Below are positions 39,272 through 52,925 of a stretch of 64,000 nucleotides of DNA, in pieces. This DNA comes from Octopus sinensis (Eukaryota). The stretch lies in assembly GCF_006345805.1 (NCBI RefSeq), contig NC_043003.1, positions 24,118,001 through 24,182,000 of the forward strand, given 5' to 3'. How positions within the stretch are numbered: the first letter of the stretch is position 1; every line of letters starts with the position of its first letter. The position numbers were made by a program, and so were the translations under genes. The notes under the pieces are model-generated. The model had not been told where the DNA came from and made no database searches. It worked only from the letters and a program-made list of their open reading frames with translations.

Positions 39272-39417
39272 CTCTTACTCTTTTACTCTTTTACTTGTTT
39301 CAGTCATTTGACTGTGGCCATGCTGGAGCACCGCCTTTAGTCGAGCAAATCGACCCCAGGACTTATTCTTTTGTAAGACCAGTACTTATTCTATCGGTCT
39401 CTTTTGCCGAACCGCTC
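39272..39417 (-). mobile_element. SINE family A, 3' end
   Basis: cttttacttgtttcagtcatttgactgtggccatgctggagcaccgcc. Confidence 0.85.
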
Positions 39418-39565
39418 AAACAATGCGTTTTTCTTGCATTTTAGGATTGTTTGTCTTCATGTAACAGAAATATTGTAGAAATTTGTTTGTTAGCCGTTGG
39501 ATGTCTGATCATGTTTCCGCCATTTTACTTTAATTATATATATATCTTAAAAACCACTTGAAAGA

Positions 39566-40745
39566 GTTACCCTAAAAAGCCACACGTTTAAGTTTAACAA
39601 TAAAATATATGCCCAGGACGTGGGGGCAGCCATCGGCGTTAGTATCGCTGGTGATGTGGCCAACCTTTTCATGGTATGGTGGGGCAGAAGGCTTAAAGAA
39701 CGCCTAACACAGAATTCCATACTCGTAAACATGTACTCTCGCTATGTTGATGATATCAACATAGTGGTAAAGGCACCCCCACAAGAGAGTACTGTTGATA
39801 TAGTAATAGAAACTAATACTATGGAGAGCATCCAGCAAATAGCTAACTCCATCCACCAGACTATTAAGGTCACAATAGACTACCCCACTAAACACCCCAT
39901 AGGAGAGCGGGTAAATGACATTGGAGAGAACTCAAGGAAGGTAAAAGCTCATCGATTCTGTACCAACACGCCGAACAGGAACACGGGGGATCAATCAACA
40001 ACATAGAAATTAAAATATTGTCCAGACATAGAACAGATGCAACAATCAGACAAATTACAGAAGCTACACACATAATAGAAAATAAACCTAGCCTGAATAG
40101 GAAACTAGAATGGAACACTAGCACACACCACAACATATGACGGTAGAGGATCCCAATAAACTGGTTACAATATAAACAAAACCGAAAACATAATAAATAA
40201 ATACACAGATAAATAAACAAATAGAAATAAATAACTATATAAGTTTTTGTTTCTTTTCGTTTAATTTTAAGGATTTTTTTTGATTTATGATTATTATTAT
40301 TACTAGTATTGTTGTTATACATACATTCAAGCATATATAATGATAATAATAAGTGGATGTAAACACATGAACAAAATAAGAATAAACAAAAACAACAACA
40401 GCAACAAAAACAAATCACATGAACGTATATAAACAGAAGATACAAATATTACAGGCAACCCCCACATATACACTAAATAAATATAGACGCACATAGAGAT
40501 ATAAGCATGCGTAAATGAAGACATACAATAGAAATACAAAATGGCTGACGGTTAGTAAGGAGAGACACAAATAAGAAAGAAGAAAACAGAGGACCACTGA
40601 TGCGGTCACAGGAGTGTGACGAAAGAACTCTGGGCGAAATAAGATTAAGATTAATGTAAAAAATAAATAACACTGAAGCAAAGTAACACCAAATATATAG
40701 TGCGTGTGTTTTTATTGGTTAAACTGGCAAAATGACAATTCCGAA
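39566..40745 (+). mobile_element. Penelope-like element remnant: RT core fused by deletion to the GIY-YIG C-terminus, then 3' terminus
   Basis: LKSHTFKFNNKIYAQDVGAAIGVSIAGDVANLFM...YSRYVDD (PLE RT motifs); then IGERVN/frameshift/HWRELKEGKSSSILYQHAEQEH...RQITEATHIIENKPSLNRKLEW, stop at 40138-40140. Confidence 0.85.
40592..40635 (+). ncRNA. Decayed hammerhead in the PLE 3' terminus
   Basis: GACCA-CUGAUGC-G-GUCAC(AGGAGU)GUGAC-GAAAG-AA-CUC-UGGGC: stem II 5/5, stem I 4/5, core A9->C plus one extra nt. Confidence 0.5.
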
Positions 40746-40849
40746 ATATAATAATAATAATAATAATAATAATATAATAATATATATATATATATATTAT
40801 ATATATATTATATATATATATAATAATATATATATATGCATATATGTGT

Positions 40850-41410
40850 ATGGGACGTCACAAAAAGTAAAGAACATGAAATACGAAGTCAAACTTGGGT
40901 ATGCGAACGAGAGAAACAAATAGAAAACAACATTACGGAGAATATATTATAAATAATTTAGATTATTTATGAATGGCCAAACATGTTATCATAAAATACA
41001 TAGAAGAAAAAGCGTTTATAACTATGAACAAGTCACAATTATAACTAAAAGGGTTAAAAAAAACCTTACATGTTAAAAATAGCAGCCAGAACCACTATAA
41101 AGCCATTATATCACACATATTATTTCTCCCCAGGCTAAAAAAATGTCTTCGGGCGACATGACAATTACAATCCACAAATTAAAAATAACTGGTTAATTCG
41201 CTATTGCAACTTCGACGTTAGGGACCTCTTAAGGGATACGTTCGTCTTGTCAAGGGAAATATTCCTATACATAGAAATCAAAGCAAATCTCTACCTTGGG
41301 GCTAGCATGAATCCCGATCGGCAAGAGAAATGTTTCAACCTCTATCTACACATTGAAGTTTTGAATCCAAATGCTATGCATAGCGTTTGTGAAAGGACCG
41401 GTAAATTTGA
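40850..41410 (-). mobile_element. PLE-type terminal repeat with a decayed hammerhead (41197-41258)
   Basis: UUCCC-UUGACAA-GACG...CGUC-GAAGU-UGCA-AUA-GCGAA: stem II 4/4, three core transitions; TA-rich arrays on both sides. Confidence 0.5.
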
Positions 41411-41422
41411 GCCATATATATC

Positions 41423-41489
<67 letters not shown>

Positions 41490-41562
41490 GTATGTGTGTG
41501 TGTGTGGTGTGTGTGTGTGTTGTGTGTGTCTGTGTGTTTGTATATATATATATATATACATC

Positions 41563-41599
<37 letters not shown>

Positions 41600-42877
41600 A
41601 TATATATATATATATTATATATATATACATGTATATATATATACATATGTATATGAGCGTGTGTGTATGTATGTATATATATATCTCTATATATATATAA
41701 AACGAAGATAAAATTCCATAGATTGGGAACTGAAAGCGACGGAGAAATGTAATAGAGTAGAAAAATGGAATATATTTTTAGATATTGGGAAAATTCAGTG
41801 ACATAAGGAATATGGAGGAAATAGTACCAGTCGCGGAGCACAACTGTTGTTATTATTATATTCATTTCAAGGATCGCCTCACAATCAGAAAAGAACGTTA
41901 TCACGGCCTAATCGTAAAAGATAGGGAACATAAAAACTCTGATATGTATATTACATGACATGCAATCCATCGTAAATTGAAAAGACAAAAATTATTCTCG
42001 AAGTAAATTGAACCACAACAGTCATATGTTCATATTTATTTCTAGGGAAGGTCTTCTAAACAGCATCAGACTTATTTCAAGGGTATTAACATTCGCTACA
42101 TCCCCGAAGAAATAATCTCCAGCAGCAGAAGAGAAGATAATATTGTATTACAAGCGGTGGATTTAATACAACGTTATACAAAAGCTACACTTAGTAAAGA
42201 GACGATGGCCTAACTCCATTCATTTTACTGTGGCTACTAAGAAGTTGCAGAATCACTTATTTGATACGGCTGAAATAATTTGACTAAGCTTGTAGTTAAT
42301 TTTGGAAAACTGTCTTTGGCTTCAAGTAGATTCAAAAACAGTAAGAGTTTGATTTAACCGATTAATAAAACCAAATATAATGTTTCTGTCTAAGATATAT
42401 CTAAAAATTTTCTTAGAGAATATTGTTTTATTTCGGGACGGTCATTTTTTTTTTGCCAAATAAACACACGCATGATTTATTCGTTCTTCACGCGTTTATT
42501 ATTGTTTTTTATTTTATCTTATATCTATTGTCTGGAATTCTTTCGTCATACATTTGTGATCTCTGAAGAGACTCTTCCATCCCACGTGTCTCTTCGAAGT
42601 CTGTTTAGTTCATTCTTAGAGAAGTATTAAATTAAAAACGGTTTTAATATATGGCTCGAGGCATAGTATCAGGTTAACTAGCCACATCATGCAACAAACT
42701 GGAATATATAGGGAGAAAAGTGTATATATTTTTATGCATACATTATGTGCCGGCGTGGCTGTGTGGCTAAGAAGCTCTTTTTGCAATCATCTAATTTCAG
42801 GTTCTGGCGAGTGAATTCAGTAAACGGAGGATGTGTGGAAAACCGTCACGGGTACACGTATACATATATGCAGATAC

Positions 42878-43190
42878 TAAGTAATTAAGGGTTTAGCAAC
42901 GATTTGCCTCACCACACACCGAGTTTAGAAATAGCAGTCAAAGAGTTATAGCTATTCTTTCTACTAAAAGGGAGATCTCAGTAAAACCACAGCACTTAAA
43001 AGGCAAACGCAGGCAAGAGAGAAAGAAATGACGACAATCATTCTATATTAAGTCACCTACGGACGTACGTTTCGAAATTAAGTTTTAGGAAAGCATAAGA
43101 ATTAGATAATTATGTCTTACCCAACTATTTTTCTCATCAGCGTAGGACTCTACAATTATGAATAATTGTATATTAAATTTGGAGGTACTA
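42878..43190 (-). mobile_element. PLE-type terminus (family of the 3282 palindrome) with an intact hammerhead
   Basis: 42878-42955 matches the left arm of the 3282-3457 palindrome; HHR at 43056-43146. Confidence 0.7.
43056..43146 (-). ncRNA. Canonical type I hammerhead with extended stem II
   Basis: CCUACG-CUGAUGA-GAAA...UUUC-GAAAC-GUAC-GUC-CGUAGG: stem I 6/6, stem II 4 bp plus an extended imperfect helix, stem III palindrome ACGUACGU; predicted cleavage between 43062 and 43061. Confidence 0.85.
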
Positions 43191-43223
43191 GAAGACATCA
43201 TCTCAACTCATGGTATCAGAGCG

Positions 43224-43311
<88 letters not shown>

Positions 43312-43314
43312 GAG

Positions 43315-43660
43315 AAGGCGCATAACTCAATGGTTACAGCGTCGAGCTCACAATCATGAGGTAGTGAGTTCGATTGCCGGACTGGGCTGTGTGTCGTGTT
43401 CTTGAGCAAGACACTTTATTTCATGTTACTTCAGTTCACTAAGCTGTAGAAATAAATTACGACGTCACTGGTGCCAAGATGTAGCGGCGTTTGCCTTTGG
43501 TTTTTCCCTTGGATAACATCGATGTCGTGAAGAAGGGAGGCTGCTATGCGTGCGCGACTGCTGGTCTTCCATAAACAACTTTGCTCAGACTTGTGCCACG
43601 GAGGGGAACTTTCTAGGTGCAATCCCATGGTCATTCATGACTGAAGGGGGGGCTTTACCC
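43315..43660 (+). mobile_element. SINE family C
   Basis: aggcgcataactcaatggtta...gagttcgatt...gttcttgagcaagacactttatttca. Confidence 0.8.
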
Positions 43661-43781
43661 TTTACACTTTTATACGTATGTAGTCGCGTTATTTAGTGAT
43701 AGGGTGTTGGATTCATGATCCTAAAATTGCGGTTGCAGTTCCTGGACAGGGCGATGCGTTCTGTTTTCGAGCAAGACGCAT

Positions 43782-43955
43782 TAGTGGCTGTGTGATAAGT
43801 AGCTTGCTTACCAACCACATGGTTCCGAGTTCAGTCCTACTGCGAAGCACCTTGGGCAAGTGTCTTCTACTATAGCCTCGGGCCGACCAAAGCCTTGTGA
43901 GTGAATTTGGTAGATGTAAACTGAAAAGAAGCTCGTCGTATATATGTATATGTAT

Positions 43956-43995
<40 letters not shown>

Positions 43996-44190
43996 TTGTC
44001 CCTCAACATCGCTTGACAACCGATGATGGTGTGTTTACATCCCCGTAACTTAGCGGTTTGGTAAAAGTGACCGATAGAGTAAGTAGTAGGCTTCCAAAGA
44101 ATAAATCCTGGGATCGATTTGCTCGACCAAAGGCGGTGCTCCAGCATGGCCGCAGTCAAATGACTGAAACAAGTAAAAAAGAAAAGCGTA
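43782..44190 (+). mobile_element. SINE family A, full length
   Basis: agtggctgtgtgataagtagcttgct...ccagcatggccgcagtcaaatgactgaaacaagtaaaa. Confidence 0.85.
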
Positions 44191-44994
44191 AAAGAGTATT
44201 GATCCCTCATAGCCGCAGTACAATGGCAGAAAAGAGTATAAGTTGATTAAAAAACTATTTTGCTATCATTTGATGTGTTTTTACATATCCTTGTAAACTG
44301 CAACAGAATTATATTGTAAAACGATGTAAATATTTTGATAAACTGCGTTCTATAAGACACCGAAAAAAATTTAATATAGATATTGCTTAAAACCGAAATT
44401 AATTTTATGAAACTGTGTGAATAACGCTATAATATGCAGCTGCATTGTTATAGAATATGGCTATTGCATACAGCATCGTGTATCATAATATGTAATGTAA
44501 ATATAGTTGTTTACTGCAACATCTAAATTACTATGACGTGTTTACGTAATCGATGATTGCAATCTGTGATGAACATTGAAATATAATACGCTAACGAAAT
44601 GTGTAACATGTTCTAAGTTGCTGTGCTGTAAATATTGAAAATTTAAAGATATACCTTATTATCATATATCATAAATTCTCTTCTTGACAACTTTGACCTA
44701 TCGTGGGATATTGTTAATATTAATGTATTAATGTACAGCCTGCACATCATTTGGGAGATTTGTAAATTAATTAGGTGGTTGTGAGAGACGGACTGATAAT
44801 TACATTCAGTAACGAAGAAATAATTTGCATAAAAATTGTCTTCATTTAATTAAATGGGATCAGATGTATAGAGGAAAAATATATTTAATTGGCATCACTC
44901 TAAAAGAAAAAAAAATTAATAAAAGAATTACTTAACAAATATCACTTCCATATCCCGGCATCTTGGGTTCACTACTCAAGCGCGTTTACATATA

Positions 44995-45204
44995 TACTCT
45001 TTTACTTGTTTCAGTCATTTGACTGTGGCCATGCTGGAGCACCGCCTTTAATCGAATAAATCGACCCCAGGACTTATTCTTTGTAAGCCTAGTACTTATT
45101 CTATCGGTCTCCTTTGCCGAACCGCTAAGTTACGAGGACATAAACACACCAGCATCGGTTGTCAAGCGATGTTGGGGGGGGGGGGGGCAAACACAAACAC
45201 ATAA

Positions 45205-45247
<43 letters not shown>

Positions 45248-45405
45248 CGACGGGCTTCTTTCAGTTTCCGTCTACCAAATCCACTCACAAGGCTTTCGTT
45301 GACCTAAGGCTATAGTAGAAGACACTTGCCCAAGGTGCCTCGCAGTGGGATGGGAATGAACTCGGAATCATGTGGTTGGTAAGCAAGCTACTTATCACAG
45401 AGCCT
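44995..45405 (-). mobile_element. SINE family A, full length
   Basis: Close match to the family consensus. Confidence 0.85.
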
Positions 45406-45429
45406 GATATACATATTTATACATTAAAG

Positions 45430-45945
45430 TTAGATAAGGCTGGATTACCTTAGGTTTCACGTCCATATAGGATTTAGTTTAAGGTGTATCATCAGATCCC
45501 TAAACCTGTTGTCTTAAGGGCTCTCTAGCGAACGGGCTCTCTAGAATATGTAAGCGGAAAGGACCCCGCTACTCACTGTCAACAAAGTGGAGTGTCTCCC
45601 TTTTAGCTATCGACCGCCGATGACCTTGTCATCCTGTTGGTTCTAATGGGCCAGCAGAAATTTTCCTGACATGTAAGCACGGTCCGAAGACCTCCGTTCT
45701 GAAGTCAAGCATATTCCTTGGGTCGAGGGAGTTCTTTAGGACCCTTGCGCGTTCCGCTATGCATAATTAACAGCGATTGGTCCAGTTCATGTAGGTGGCC
45801 TGGGTTTTCTAGGATTATCCATGATATTGTGCATGGAACCATGTCGTCTTTCAGCTACCATGTGGTCAAGTGTTGATGGTGCTGTGTCTGTTGGTGTTGA
45901 CGTTGCTTCTTTAATAAGTTGTGACAGATGTAGGCGTTTGTATTT
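45430..45945 (-). mobile_element. PLE remnant: GIY-YIG C-terminus followed by the 3' terminus with a hammerhead
   Basis: Interrupted frames TW*LKDDMVPCTISWIIL / NRC*LCIAERARVL...NMLDFRTEVFGPCLHVRK match the W.I..CxLCxxE..LNxRxE..CxH PLE endonuclease tail. Confidence 0.75.
45442..45499 (-). ncRNA. Type I hammerhead, core intact, weak stem II
   Basis: GGAU-CUGAUGA-(30 nt)-GAAAC-CUAAG-GUA-AUCC: stem I 4/4, stem III 3 bp. Confidence 0.6.
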
Positions 45946-46727
45946 AACCTAAGGAGAACAACTTCGCAAGTTTTAGGGCCACATCAGATTTTGTTACACC
46001 TATGTTCGGAATGATTTTGTCATTTCATTCAGAACAAACACACAACTCTCGATCTAATTAATAACGCTCGATTTTATTTATAGATTTCAGGAACCAAAAT
46101 ACTTGAAGAATTAGAAATCTACCGTAGATTGTTTTGACTTGTTTAACGAACAGACGATCTCTAAATAATTAGATTAATTTGCATGCCGTGGATTTTACTG
46201 TTGCCAAAATTAGATAATTTATCAATATTTACTCACAAGCGACACACAAGCAATGTATTTATTATAAACTCTTTTATGTAGTGAAGCTTCGCTCATCTCT
46301 TTAGTTTAGAAATATAGGTCTGATTTGTCTGTCTTGTATAGTCTAGGACTTTGCAGTAATATAAGATACCGTTAACTATGTTTACTCACCGCTGTAGGAC
46401 ATTGAGTGTGTGAGTACGTTTGCACCCATGTATGAGCAAGATAGATTTTCAAAAGTTTTGAATGCTTATTTGTTTATATATGTTTTAACAATGTACAATG
46501 ATTTATTTACGTCCACATATCTTAGCAGTATCTGCCCTAAGCAGATTCATAGAAAAAGTACCAGGCTTATAAAAATAAATACTGGTTCGATTCTTTCAAA
46601 TAAAAGGCCCTTTAAAACGGTGTCCCCAGCATGACTACAACTCAATAACTGATATAAGTAAAATGACAGGGCACACACACACACACAAACACATACACTC
46701 ACGCACACACACAAACACAGATAGATA

Positions 46728-46765
<38 letters not shown>

Positions 46766-46824
46766 AAACAAACAATAAAGCATTGAGTGCGTTGGTATTT
46801 TACAAAAAAAATTCTCCTATTCTT

Positions 46825-46950
46825 TTCTACTCTAGACACAAAGCCCGAAATTTGGTGGGAAGAGGCCAGTCGATTAGATCGACCCCATTACGCAACTGGT
46901 ACTTAATTTATCTACCCCGAAAGGATTAAAGGCAAAGTCGACCACTGCGG
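46825..46950 (-). mobile_element. SINE family B, 3' part
   Basis: gatcgaccccattacgcaactggtacttaattta..aaggcaaagtcgacc. Confidence 0.7.
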
Positions 46951-47406
46951 AAAAAAATTTTTCTCATTTTCCAACAGCTATTGTTTACCGTTATAAAAGA
47001 TGGCATTTGTTGTGAGGAGTCGTGTAAATGCAGTGTGTAACGCCCAGCCGGAATTTGAAAAGTACAAAGATCAAATCTTGGTAGCGACTTGCTGACCATT
47101 TTTTATCCCCGTCTATATTGGTATCTTTAACCGATCCTCTAAAATCTTTTATCACAGCTATTCTCCTGCATTCGAAAATTTTCCCATTGTATGTAAACTA
47201 TATATATCAAATGGGGATTTTAATGTCCCTGTTAACAGATTTCCTTAAAGGAAACCGTACGTGCAAATTGAAATTCGAGGGATAATTTGAGTCAGAGAGT
47301 AAATTTTGGCAATTTGATCTTTGACTCTGAAGGTGAACTTGGTGTGTCTGAACCACGTATCGTTGAAACGCTGGCAATGAAGGATTAAACGTAAGACTAT
47401 AACATC

Positions 47407-47467
<61 letters not shown>

Positions 47468-47494
47468 ATCTATCTATCTATCTATCTCTATCTG

Positions 47495-47588
<94 letters not shown>

Positions 47589-47821
47589 TATATATTATAT
47601 ATATATATATCTACTTATCTATCTATCTATCTACTATCTATCTATCTCTCACGGATACACATGCTGCACAAAGCTACGCCGGAATGAAGTCCACAATCCT
47701 TTTATTATATCAACTATTAACAGGAAATCCTTTATTGCAGTTAATATTCCAAACAATGCTTTTTAAGACTACATCGTCTTATAACAATCCAACACTGATT
47801 ATGCATGCGTTGTCAGTCGCT

Positions 47822-48010
47822 ATGTGGAGGAGTGTGGCTTAGTGGTTAGGGTGTCAGCATCATGATCGTAAGATTGTGGTTTCGATTACCGGAGCGGGCG
47901 ACGCATTGTGTTCTTGAGCAAAACACTTCATTTCACGTTGCTCCAGTTCACTCAGCTGGCAAAAATGAGTAACGCTGCGATGGACTGACGTCCCGTCCAG
48001 CTGGAGAACA
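47822..48010 (+). mobile_element. SINE family C
   Basis: gagtgtggcttagtggttaggg...gtttcgatt...ttgagcaaaacacttcatttcacgttgctccagttcactcagctg. Confidence 0.8.
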
Positions 48011-48965
48011 CATTTAGTCAGTCGCTATAGTTAGAGTCGTAGGCATGTACAGTATGTTTTTACAGCGCTTTCATGGAATTATAAATGAACTTCGATTTTA
48101 AATAATCGTGAGTTCTCTCATCGGATGAAGAAAGGGCGTTAATTCTCCTCACTTGCGTATAATATTTACTTGTTTGAGATATTAAGATGACTTGTCTTTG
48201 CCTTCAACAAGTGGATGTCGGTTCACGCACTAAAAAGAAGCTCATCCGCTCTTAGGCAGGTCTTGTTTTCAGTCCTTGTGGCTGGCCATACACCCTCTAC
48301 ACCAAAGTAGCAAGCCACTCAAGAGGGGAATCCGGTTTATTCGCCGACCGTTTGACCATGAAACACGTAGTACTAGTTTACATGATACTAATAAACAGGT
48401 CTGATGAGCCTGTGATAAAATCCGAGATGTGACGACAATAGGCAAAATGAGAGATAAAACCGGAAAAAGAGAAATTCGTTTAGTTACGCATGCGCAAGCG
48501 AATATCTAGATTTCAATGGAACAGATGATATTCATCAGGTTACCTAATTTAATTAGAACAAATAATAAGCTGTATGTTAATTAATTTATTAAAGCTTCGT
48601 GATTTGATTACCACGTTGGGATTAAAACATAACTCATTAGTAAATTAATGTCATAAAACTTTAGTTGTTTTTCTTTTATTCATTGCTGATGTGTCTGCTT
48701 TTGAGCTTGTAAACGTGTGTAGGAAAGTGAGTGTGCATGTGTACATATACATGTGTGTATACATATGTCTGTATATAGATAGACTGATACATATATACAT
48801 ACATACTTAAATACATACATACATACATACAGAATAGATAGATGGATGGATGGAGGGAGGGAGGTAAAGAGAAAGAGATTGATTGATAGAATGATAATTG
48901 GATACATAGACAGATGGACAGATATGTATGTTGTGTATGCATACGTATATATTGTGTGTGTGTAT

Positions 48966-49056
<91 letters not shown>

Positions 49057-49057
49057 G

Positions 49058-49345
49058 TGGAGGCGCAATGGCCCAGTGGTCAGGGCAGCAGACTCGCGGT
49101 CGGAGGATGGCCGTTTCGATTACCAGACCGGGCATTGTGTATGTGTATTGAGCGAAAACACCTAAAGCTTCACGAGGCTCTGGCAGCGGGGACAACCCCT
49201 GTTGTACCCCAACTTTCTCTCACTCTATCTTCCTGTTTCTAGAGTAACGCTGCGATAGACTGGTGTCCCGTCCAGCTGGGGGGGGGGGACATGCGCCACA
49301 GAAACCGGGAAACCGGGCCCATGAGACTGGCTAGGCTTGAAAAGG
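49058..49345 (+). mobile_element. SINE family D
   Basis: gtggaggcgcaatggcccagtggtcagggcagcagactcg...gaaaccgggcccatgag. Confidence 0.8.
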
Positions 49346-49359
49346 GCGCATAAATATAT

Positions 49360-49427
<68 letters not shown>

Positions 49428-49807
49428 TATATATATATGGCCGTGTGAATATGTGCACAAGTCCTGATAACTTGTCTCGTATTACCGATTGTAAAAATTA
49501 TATCTACTTATTTGCAGGAGCAATATATTTCTTGCACTGGCAAGGTAGAGAAGTTAGTAGAAACACATCAGAGCGATTGCTACCATAACGAAACACCCAG
49601 GCAGATGCTGCATCTTAATTCATTTACAGGACGTATTTGTTTGCTGAGGGTGCTATATATATTATTTGGAACTAGGTTACTGCGTGGCTGAAGTATATCA
49701 ACGGAAGATATTCTCGAATAAACCAGTATGATGAAAGTATACCTATATTCACATTACGCTATATATGTGAGCATGCGTGCCGAGTGTTCATGTGAAGTAT
49801 GGTATTA

Positions 49808-49854
<47 letters not shown>

Positions 49855-49869
49855 ATACATATACAGAGG

Positions 49870-50210
49870 CACGTGATGGTGCATGGGTCAGCAGTTAGAG
49901 CGTCGAACAATCGTAAGATTGTGAGTTCGATTTGGGGACCGGGCTGCGTGTTGTGTTCTTGAGCAAGACACTTTATTTCACATTACTCCAGTTCACTCAG
50001 CTGTAGAAATGAGTTCCGACGTCACTGGTGCTAAGTTGTATCCGCCTTTGCCTTTCCCTTGAATAACACTGGTGGCGTGGAGAGGGAAGGCCGGTATTTA
50101 TGGGCGACTGCTGGTCTTCCATAAACAATTTTGCCCGGATTGTGCCTCGGAGGGCAACTTTCTAAGTGCAATCTCATGGTCGTTCATGACCGAAGGGGTT
50201 CACCCTATAC
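49870..50210 (+). mobile_element. SINE family C
   Basis: gttagagcgtcgaac...gagttcgatt...ttgagcaagacactttatttcacattactccagttcactcagctg; close to 43315. Confidence 0.8.
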
Positions 50211-50371
50211 CGAGGCATACTTCCGATTTGATAAAAGGTGGCTTTTTTCTAATATTTTATATATATAGTATATTGTGTGGAATTTGATTTAGTATTTCTA
50301 AATTGAATTCTTTTTCCTTGTAAGTTTGAATTTTATTTCCTCAAATAATAATTATTAATATATATATATAT

Positions 50372-50762
50372 CTTTTACTCTCTTTTCTTTTACTTGTTTC
50401 AGTCATGTGACTGGAACCATGCTGGAGCACCACCTTTGGAGCAAATCGATCCCATGACTTATTCTTTGTAAGCCTAGTATTTATTTTATCTTCGATTTTG
50501 CCGAACCGCTAAGTTAAACATACCAGCATCGGTGGTCAATCGATGTTGGGGATACAAACACAGACATACAAACACACACACATATATATACATATATACG
50601 ACGGGCTTCTTTCAGTTTACATCTACGAAATCCACTCACAAGGCTTTGGTCAGCCCGAGGCTATAGTAGAAGACACTTGCCCAAGGTGCCACGGACTGGG
50701 ACTGAACCCGGAACCATGTGGTTCGTAAGCAAGCTACTTACCACACAGCCACTCCTACGCCT
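50372..50762 (-). mobile_element. SINE family A, full length
   Basis: Matches the family consensus, ending ccacacagccactcctacgcc. Confidence 0.85.
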
Positions 50763-51501
50763 ATATATGAATGCACTGAATAGCGATTATATAATTCTTT
50801 TCAATTATCAACAGGGGAAATTGCGAAAGTCTTTTTTATTAATTATGTTCTTTGCAAATTTGTCCCTAAAAATAGCTATTTTGGAGGATATTAAATAGTG
50901 AGTTTGTTAATTTATGGGCGTCGTATGTTAAAATTCATTATATTTTCGGTAGGAAAGTTAATAATAACAAGTTTTTTTTTTTTAATGTAGTAAAACCTGC
51001 TTAATTTCTACAGGTTACACAAGTGTTAATGAATTCTTTGGGAAATAATGTTCGTATTGATTCAAGACTATTCCTCTTACAGTAATTGTATTGTCAATTC
51101 AGAGAAAGAGCAGTAGAATCGATAATATATTGCAGGAATTTTAAAACATTGAGGTAGAAAATACTGGTCAAAATCCTGGTCACTATTTATAGTTTAAACT
51201 ATTCTAGCAGGTCGAGAAATCACATAAAGGTTTCCTCTACGGTGACTGATCTTTGTTTTCGCTGATTTCCATAACGACCGTCACTTGCAACTTCCGACAT
51301 GTTCCGATATGGCAATAGTCGCTTCCGGTTGGTTAAAACCTACATGATTTTAAATGCTTATAACTCCTTTATTATTGATTTTTAAAAGAAAAGTGAAAAG
51401 AAAAAAAAACAAGATGAGATTTTTGTCATCAGTATGCTACATCAAAGCTGAATGTTTTGAAAATAATCCGATGAAAATAGGAAAAAAATTTAAATGGTTA
51501 C

Positions 51502-51739
51502 TCTTTTACTTTTTTTACTTGTTTCAGTCATTTGACTGCGGCCATGCTGGAGCACCGACTTTAGTCGTTCAAATCGACCCCAGAACTTATTTTTTGTAAA
51601 CCTAGTACTTATTCTATCGGTCTCTTTTGCCGAACCGCTACGTTACGGGGACGTAAACACACCAGCATCGGTTGTCAAGCGATGTTGGGGGGACAAACGC
51701 AGGCACACAAATATATACACACACATATATATATATACA

Positions 51740-51789
<50 letters not shown>

Positions 51790-51950
51790 CATATATGTGA
51801 CAGGCTTCTTTCATTTTCCATCTACCAAATCCACTCACAAGGCTTTGGTCGGCTCAAGACTATAGTAGAAGACACTTGCCCAAGGTACCACACAGTGGGA
51901 ATGAATCCGGAACCATGTGATTGGTAGGCAAGCTACTTACTACACAACCG
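51502..51950 (-). mobile_element. SINE family A, full length
   Basis: Matches the family consensus. Confidence 0.85.
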
Positions 51951-52662
51951 CGGTATAGTTTAACCATGTGGCGGATTAAGTCCTCATCAACATAATGAAC
52001 CGCGAAGTTTTTGTCATGACTGCAGTCTTGTATTCCAAACAGGTAATGAGTATGTAATCGATTGAAAAGAAAACTCGAGGACATACACAAAGTTTATAAT
52101 TCCAGAGGCAACCAGAAAATCTGGGTTAGAGCTACACGAGACATTTATTTTTTTTTTCTCTTTACGCTTATATACTGTCCGTTTAATGACTATATCTAGA
52201 TACAATATATAAAATGTCACGTTTGTTTTCTTACAAGGTTCGAGCGTACTACAAAAATTCAAATCAGGTTAAATATGTGACATTAATAGGGACACTCCCT
52301 ACGAGTATAAACGAAAACAGCCAATAATTTTAAGTGAGCTTTCACTTGCTGGATTAGTGCTTACAATGCCAAGTGTTCAAACATACTTGACTATACGTAC
52401 TCTTCAAATTGCCATTAAGAGAAACACTATCCAGAGAGCTGCTACTCGGAAGGCGGTACCTCTCGTAGTTGCATGAATGGATATTTTGTAGTAGTGATAG
52501 AGAAAATTATTTTTTCCGTGCAAAACAATTATTGAGACGAGTCAATAAAAACGAAAAGAATCAGATTTGAAGTAGTAACGTTTATTCTGTGATTCATATA
52601 AATTACATCTAGTAGCCAGAAACTATTGAAACAAAATCAATGCAATACACTGAAAAACGTAT

Positions 52663-52720
<58 letters not shown>

Positions 52721-52864
52721 CAATACATATATATATATGTATATGTCAAATATACATATATATATATATATATATAACATTTCTTTTATATATATATATA
52801 TATATATATCATTTCTATTATATTTATTTATATATATAGATATATATGCATATATATACATATA

Positions 52865-52925
<61 letters not shown>

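Noticed and set aside
45700-45760. In-frame stop within the PLE CxLC motif as possible selenocysteine
   Set aside because: The stop is TAA at a non-Cys position and the copy has other lesions, so it is ordinary decay.
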